A stretch of DNA of 64,000 bases from Schmidtea polychroa (Eukaryota). The position numbers were made by a program, and so were the translations under genes. The DNA lies in the NCBI GenBank assembly GCA_044892525.1, contig CM097888.1, forward strand, positions 49,104,001 to 49,168,000. Direction: 5' to 3'. Under the pieces are notes generated by a model. The model had not been told where the DNA came from, did not search any database, and saw only the letters and a program-made list of their open reading frames with translations. Below are positions 61,901 to 64,000 of this stretch, one piece after another (the stretch's first letter is position 1; every line of letters starts with the position of its first letter).

Positions 61901-61936
61901 TGATGTTAAGTTATACTCAGAGAGTTGATAAAGTTG
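5471..61936 (+). CDS. Pclo: Multi-exon gene for a Piccolo/Fife/Clarinet-like presynaptic active-zone scaffold (Zn finger - long disordered/coiled-coil region - PDZ - C2A - pre-C2B motif). Incomplete at both ends.
   Basis: About 21 GT-AG exons join in consistent phase. PDZ 'FPTKRLLLMRDSKEKNLRGNGVGMRIIGG...EWNGVSLVGKTFEEV' and C2A 'EWQQTVVFMNI...LDISVWDFDRLKSNDFMGQ' resemble Piccolo more than RIM as I recall those sequences. Orthology is untested, so the symbol is a family-level label. Confidence 0.85.
6799..6924 (+). CDS. Piccolo-like exon: Zn finger, second part
   Basis: tttag|TTC GCA..., phase 0/0. FADLLCSICQKKRHIILSSGMWFHG supplies the last CxxC and the SGxWF motif of RIM/Piccolo/rabphilin-type Zn fingers. 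Not in the ORF track. Confidence 0.85.
7529..8361 (-). mobile_element. Decayed, internally deleted Tigger/pogo transposase
   Basis: N-terminal HTH 'KSLRETAKYFDVSKGCV', CENP-B-like 'VLYMWFVRAHSLNYSIS' and a C-terminal DDE_1-like 'INAIQIMINALESVKTQTVIKC' with acidic tail; stops and frameshift; no TIRs found. Confidence 0.7.
8463..8761 (-). mobile_element. Complete 299-bp non-autonomous Helitron
   Basis: On the minus strand: host A|TCTCTCTCTATATA (5' TC) ... GGGGC-GGA-GCCCC hairpin running into terminal CTAG|T host; inserted in an AT dinucleotide with no TSD. Confidence 0.85.
9746..10746. repeat. 125-bp inverted repeat pair (9746-9870 / 10622-10746, 6 mismatches) enclosing 751 bp
   Basis: Direct manual alignment of the left copy with the reverse complement of the right copy. 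Confidence 0.95.
10670..10696 (+). ncRNA. Hammerhead-ribozyme-like core (second copy at 9796-9822 on minus); possibly degenerate
   Basis: CTGAAGA-A-GACTG-ttaaa-CGGTC-GAAA has both conserved boxes around a 5-bp helix II; helices I and III could not be assigned cleanly by eye. Confidence 0.4.
11755..12510 (+). repeat. ~125-bp direct duplication (11755-11878 / 12356-12478) flanking an N run
   Basis: Near-identical 'atatatcctatgtaatatacat...gaattgcaataattaat.gttttgcc' in both places. Confidence 0.9.
13500..13866 (+). mobile_element. Decayed hAT (Buster/Charlie-type) transposase C-terminus
   Basis: Broken frames give 'YPGL*AAVRKLLIAFPSSYMVERDFSEV...DRGDLRMLLTKIEPNIEK...HQAHPSH*'. Confidence 0.85.
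14042..14210 (+). CDS. Piccolo-like exon (linker); alternative in-frame acceptor at 14087
   Basis: tttag|AGC CCA or tcacag|TAT GAG (both phase 0); donor A|gtgagt (phase 1) fits the next exon; YEEIFERPKKHSAGETAQKRTSLP. Confidence 0.65.
18916..22064 (-). mobile_element. Non-autonomous mini-Polinton/Maverick with long TIRs (left terminus hidden in the N run)
   Basis: 18916-19015 is the reverse complement of ~21945-22044; the right end reads 5'-AGTAGTATGTAGT on minus (AGT-type Polinton terminus); both TIRs hold the same AT-rich tandem array; interior is a pPolB fragment. Confidence 0.85.
19735..21641 (-). pseudogene. Polinton-type protein-primed DNA polymerase B, N-terminal half; four exons (21641-21266, 21215-21054, 21003-20791, 20747-19735); one internal TAG; truncated at both ends
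   Basis: Spliced product shows SSGWRIHKI, GSSYIKTP...VNVQNNDQFCFLYSILA, FPMK...FEAMNPNLAINV, YHFLAVTNLDRLL, FVVYADFES (ExoI), VRDHDHFTGQYLGAACQDCNL, VFHNLRGYD (ExoII), FIDSLQFLNSSLANL, KTIFPYD. Confidence 0.88.
22176..22620 (-). mobile_element. Tc1-family transposon 3' remnant with terminus
   Basis: 'HSAKVVKKWL...SNPIENCW...SLVDSMLTRIDAVIKAKG'; end TA|CAGTGG at 22174-22181. Confidence 0.85.
22905..24475 (+). CDS. Piccolo-like giant exon 1 (acidic, Ser/Asn/Tyr-rich, disordered); contains a 154-nt N run
   Basis: ORF 22889..24496; ttag|AT phase-1 acceptor, AAG|gtattt phase-0 donor; frame is the same on both sides of the N run. Confidence 0.8.
24950..25360 (-). mobile_element. Possible highly decayed non-LTR retrotransposon RT remnant
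   Basis: 'ITPELTFKEIKKIL*KIQRKLHYLDGI' resembles the LINE pre-RT 'EI...I..L...K.PG.DGI' segment; little else recognisable. Confidence 0.3.
25506..25560 (+). mobile_element. hAT-like MITE terminus fragment
   Basis: CAGTATTTCTCAACC start followed by ACCGG...ACCGGTCCG motifs; a similar CAGTGGTTCTTAATCT end occurs near 28715; partner ends not found. Confidence 0.4.
25679..25952 (-). mobile_element. Helitron-derived (DINE-1/Lep1-like) element, copy 1, truncated
   Basis: Minus 5' TCTCTATATT, (TGTT/TGTA)n microsatellite, internal 31-bp inverted repeat; homologous to 58678-58972. Confidence 0.7.
28940..29330 (+). mobile_element. Tc1-family transposase N-terminal remnant
   Basis: 'CSGRPNSSERTLRSVPRSDESDHRTTVSQI...RRYLKRMGYNGRAARRKPLLK*'. 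Confidence 0.8.
29771..29885 (+). mobile_element. DNA-transposon terminus with clustered ATCGATA subterminal repeats (hAT-like)
   Basis: TATGGATTGCAAT followed by several ATCGATA(A) motifs; other end not found. Confidence 0.45.
31260..31545 (-). mobile_element. Possible Gypsy integrase C-terminal remnant
   Basis: Broken frames such as 'EKWYGRE...LNNTYELRNQV'; weak resemblance only. Confidence 0.3.
32403..32605 (+). CDS. Piccolo-like exon (linker)
   Basis: ctttag|AGC phase 0; AA|gtatta phase 2; a 61-nt intron follows; overlaps ORF 32430..32678. Confidence 0.75.
32667..34384 (+). CDS. Piccolo-like giant exon 2 (coiled coils plus Tyr/Gln/Asn/Pro-rich region)
   Basis: ttacag|G phase 2; the frame is open from 32668 into ORF 33013; donor TTAG|gtcagt; heptad-like EQRVLELEREIELRKRQIEETIRYQEE. 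Confidence 0.8.
34566..34790 (+). mobile_element. Penelope-like element GIY-YIG endonuclease remnant
   Basis: 'DLVYQFTCNECNTTYTRETSRHFCTLVFEH' matches the PLE pattern VYKxxCxxCxxxYIGETxRxLxxRxxEH; downstream 'ALLIKN'. Confidence 0.75.
37459..38036. mobile_element. Possible solo LTR
   Basis: GC-richer non-coding block with TG...CA ends; no TSD found. Confidence 0.2.
40055..40257 (+). CDS. Piccolo-like exons 40055-40122 and 40167-40257 (44-nt intron); start of PDZ
   Basis: gtag|AT, AAA|gtatgt, catcag|AAA, AGAG|gtaagc; KNYNFPTKRLLLMRDSKEKNLRG. Confidence 0.85.
40749..40810 (+). repeat. (AT)n microsatellite; another at 52431-52500
   Basis: Seen directly. Confidence 0.98.
40965..41335 (+). CDS. 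Piccolo-like PDZ exons (40965 to N run; 41227-41335); an intron probably lies within the N run
   Basis: GNGVGMRIIGGQLCSDGHLGAFVEQIFQGSVADRLQDQ ... GDELIEWNGVSLVGKTFEEVRSILKNDSDEIEFLVRV; donor GT|gtaagt. Confidence 0.9.
44175..44545 (+). CDS. Piccolo-like linker exons 44175-44308 and 44363-44545 (54-nt intron)
   Basis: tttag|G phase 2, A|gtgagt, ttcag|TG, A|gttagt; all phases compatible; overlaps ORF 44362..44550. Confidence 0.75.
46220..46374 (+). CDS. Piccolo-like linker exon
   Basis: ttttag|TT phase 1, AAT|gtaaat phase 0; ORF 46204..46398. Confidence 0.75.
48055..48283 (+). CDS. Piccolo-like C2A exons 48055-48099 and 48147-48283 (47-nt intron)
   Basis: KILGEIQ|LIISFDDYDQSLTIHVAKAKNMLPMDLNGLADPFVKVRLHPDPTE; C2 motif DxNGxADPFVKV; not in the ORF track. 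Confidence 0.92.
49616..49968 (+). CDS. Piccolo-like C2A exons 49616-49800 and 49850-49968 (49-nt intron)
   Basis: SDFNRQTRYMSNTLSPEWQQTVVFMNILKRSLRKRVLDISVWDFDRLKSNDFMGQTLIGLA|NKQILDGKPHWYKL. Confidence 0.92.
50904..50940 (+). CDS. Candidate 37-nt micro-exon (phase 0 to 1), NKTSSKSSKEIK
   Basis: catttag|AAT...AAAA|gtaaga. Confidence 0.5.
52823..52856 (+). CDS. Candidate 34-nt micro-exon (phase 0 to 1), DQNHSKESSEN
   Basis: taattag|GAT...AATG|gtaagc. Confidence 0.55.
56125..56310 (+). CDS. Piccolo-like Pro/Ser/Asn-rich linker exon
   Basis: ttttcag|AT phase 1; A|gtaata phase 1; DSRDEAVNLSNISYISNPSSDFPPPLPNSN. Confidence 0.75.
56802..57076 (+). mobile_element. TA-flanked MITE, copy A, containing 7 x 18-bp tandem repeat (56814-56939)
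   Basis: TIR GTTAAGATACTACCCGGAGAG / CTCTCCCGGTAATATCTTAAC; TA on both sides; unit CCCGGAGAG(TA/GC)CCATACA. Confidence 0.85.
57631..57889 (-). mobile_element. TA-flanked MITE, copy B, inverted relative to copy A
   Basis: Same TIRs; interior is the reverse complement of copy A with a different internal duplication. Confidence 0.85.
58458..58509 (+). CDS. Piccolo-like small linker exon
   Basis: atttcag|TC phase 1, AG|gttagt phase 2; IRNTPRQISPEKINNLTR; bridges the phases of its neighbours. Confidence 0.7.
58678..59060 (+). mobile_element. Helitron-derived (DINE-1/Lep1-like) element, copy 2
   Basis: Reverse-complement match to 25679-25952 over ~270 bp plus a GC-richer 3' tail. Confidence 0.7.
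59689..61373 (-). mobile_element. Full-length 1,685-bp hAT transposon with perfect 8-bp TSD GTTATTAT
   Basis: TIR TAGGGCGACCCA / TGGGTTGCCCTA; AAAAGTTGC subterminal repeats at both ends; TSD at 59681-59688 and 61374-61381. Confidence 0.95.
59883..61253 (-). pseudogene. Compact hAT transposase (CGGBP1-like BED Zn finger, RNase H fold, dimerisation motif); one in-frame TGA at 60177-60179
   Basis: YCNLC...EKH...KH Zn finger; VVDET, LLSDDASYM, CIAHLIH, TRWSSW, PTSIDVERSFS; the two track ORFs share a frame, separated by the stop and 19 open codons. Confidence 0.9.
61791..61936 (+). CDS. Piccolo-like exon carrying the pre-C2B motif
   Basis: actcag|G phase 2; WLGPGQLL resembles the RIM/Piccolo 'GLGPAQLV' motif preceding C2B; donor G|gtaagt. 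Confidence 0.75.
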
Positions 61937-63414
61937 GTAAGTATTTATTTCAATGGAAAGATACATGGTATTTTGAGGTCCAAGTTTTGAGGATATGTTT
62001 AAAATGCTTAAAATATTTTTACAAATTCATTTTGTGAGTTAGAAAAAATTTCAATAAGTTACTAAAATGCTATATAGAAGATAAAAACCAGTCACTATTT
62101 TCTATTTTATTGTAATATATAATAAGTAATTTTCAATAATTTATTTCAAATTTACTTTTTCTTTCAAAGTTTGAAAATAAATATTAACTGCCAGTTTAAA
62201 TTTCAATAAATTTCATATTTCGTCAAAATTTTATTTCATAAAATTGTTATGGNNNNNNNNNNNNNNNNNNNNNNNNNNNNNNNNNNNNNNNNNNNNNNNN
62301 NNNNNNNNNNNNNNNNNNNNNNNNNNNNNNNNNNNNNNNNNNNNNNNNNNNNNNNNNNNNNNNNNNNNNNNNNNNNNNNNNNNNNNNNNNNNNNNNNNNN
62401 NNNNNNNNNNNNNNNNNNNNNNNNNNNNNNNNNNNNNNNNNNNNNNNNNNNNNNNNNNNNNNNNNNNNNNNNNNNNNNNNNNNNNNNNNNNNNNNNNNNN
62501 NNNNNNNNNNNNNNNNNNNNNNNNNNNNNNNNNNNNNNNNNNNNNNNNNNNNNNNNNNNNNNNNNNNNNNNNNNNNNNNNNNNNNNNNNNNNNNNNNNNN
62601 NNNNNNNNNNNNNNNNNNNNNNNNNNNNNNNNNNNNNNNNNNNNNNNNNNNNNNNNNNNNNNNNNNNNNNNNNNNNNNNNNNNNNNNNNNNNNNNNNNNN
62701 NNNTAGACAGCTATTTGTTTAACCTTCTCCCTGAGTACAGGAATGTAAACACCCTCATATTACTATAAGCATAAATAAAAAATTGTCTAATGGCAAAATT
62801 CCCAAAGTTTACTTAGACAAGTTTTTTGTTAAATTTTTCACACACAAATTGAAAAATATTTTATTGAATTTTAATAAAATGGTGAAAAGTGAATTTAGGA
62901 TGCGCTTAAATGTGAACATTTATTCTCCATATAAAATTAATTTTTCAAATCAACTGCGTTATTAATTTATTATTATTTTTATTATTATTTAGATGTATTT
63001 ATTTATTATTTAAATTCATGCTTATTATTTATTATTATATTATTATATTATTATTTTTATTATTTTTTATTTATTATTTAAATTCATGTTGCCTGAAATA
63101 TGTGTATTCTCTTTGGAATTATGTACGAATCTTGTATGTATATTTGTACACGAAGAGAAGGTTAATGTACATATTATCCATATTACTCTTAAACACTATA
63201 ATAAATGCGGAATAAATTGTTAATTATTGCGCAAATAGAATGAATAGAAATGATTAATTAGAGTATATTTTTGTTTGATAATGTATGAAATAGATTATTG
63301 AGTTTGTTTGAAATATATGCCGTTGTCTCTATAAAAGTGCAAAAACTGTCAATCTCATGAGAGTAAATATTGGCGTTACGTTACATTTCAATGTTTCCTA
63401 ATCGTTTGAACTTA

Positions 63415-63460
63415 AATATACCAATCCTTCGAATTACGCGGTACCCGTTTTACGCGGTCA
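63415..63460 (+). mobile_element. Possible Tigger/pogo-type TIR fragment
   Basis: CTTCGAATTACGCGGTACCCGTTTTACGCGG. Confidence 0.3.
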
Positions 63461-63659
63461 TAAAAGATAATATTTTTTAATGAAATCAAACATATTTGGT
63501 GGCAAGTGTCTCTCAAATGTGTATATTGCATAAGATTACTCACATTTCAACGGCCAGGCGTTTGTAACCCACTCCATTACGCGTGTAGTGCGTCAAATAT
63601 TGTGTTGTGTAGTGCACGTGTTTCACTCAAGATTTTTTATACATAAAAATTGGTTACAG

Positions 63660-63930
63660 ACTATTTAATAAGACAAGAAGAAGAGCACGCTGCTGGAAAA
63701 TATTCAAGAGACAGTTTTTGGAAACAAATTGAAGGAAGCGTTGATCGAAAGAATTGCTGAGAGAAGAACTGTATTTGCAGTACTTGGATTGCGGTGATAC
63801 GTCGGAAGTTGAAAGTTTACCGGAAATTTGCCAAGTAAAACAAAGTTATTGACCATTTTTCTAAGAATTTTGCAGTCTTTGTTAGCACAGGAAACTAAAA
63901 ATGATGATGATTTGGAAGCACAACCGTAAA
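63660..63930 (+). mobile_element. Possible decayed hAT transposase fragment
   Basis: 'LLENIQETVFGNKLKEALIERIAERRTVF' resembles a hAT insertion-domain segment; stops present. Confidence 0.4.
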
Positions 63931-64000
63931 CTTTTAATCCACAAAATCTTTCACTAAAAGACATTAAATTTAGATATCAATATGAGTTAAAAGTTAAGCA

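Noticed and set aside
5471-61936. Calling the host gene RIM/unc-10
   Set aside because: The Zn finger fits either, but PDZ (FP...RDSK...GNG.G.RI.GG) and C2A (VWDFDR..SNDF.G) resemble Piccolo/Fife more than RIM.
4541-62768. Many track ORFs consisting mainly of X
   Set aside because: Artefacts of translating N runs; no coding evidence.
1-64000. tRNA, rRNA, snRNA or spliced-leader RNA genes
   Set aside because: No convincing A/B boxes, cloverleaf or recognisable conserved RNA sequence seen by eye; a covariance-model scan would be needed to exclude them.

Overview
This is very AT-rich eukaryotic (metazoan) genomic DNA with many N runs, (AAT)n/(AT)n microsatellites and a class of short 43-61 nt GT-AG introns. 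A flatworm-like invertebrate is my guess, not a determination. One large plus-strand gene spans nearly the whole window. I could chain about 21 exons in consistent phase from 5471 to 61936 (at least ~1,900 aa), giving a presynaptic active-zone scaffold of the Piccolo/Fife/Clarinet type: Zn finger, long disordered/coiled-coil region, PDZ, C2A and the pre-C2B motif. C2B itself is not visible. The introns are a transposon graveyard: Gypsy integrase, Tigger/pogo, two Tc1, several hAT (one near-intact with a perfect 8-bp TSD), Helitron-type elements, a Penelope GIY-YIG remnant and MITEs. The most striking object is a ~3.2-kb TIR-bounded mini-Polinton/Maverick. Its protein-primed DNA polymerase fragment is split by three host-sized, frame-restoring spliceosomal introns. 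Also notable are a 125-bp inverted repeat pair carrying hammerhead-ribozyme-like cores around an exon-like cargo, a candidate mutually exclusive micro-exon pair, and a 28-bp micro-inversion between duplicated segments. All calls come from manual reading; no searches were run.
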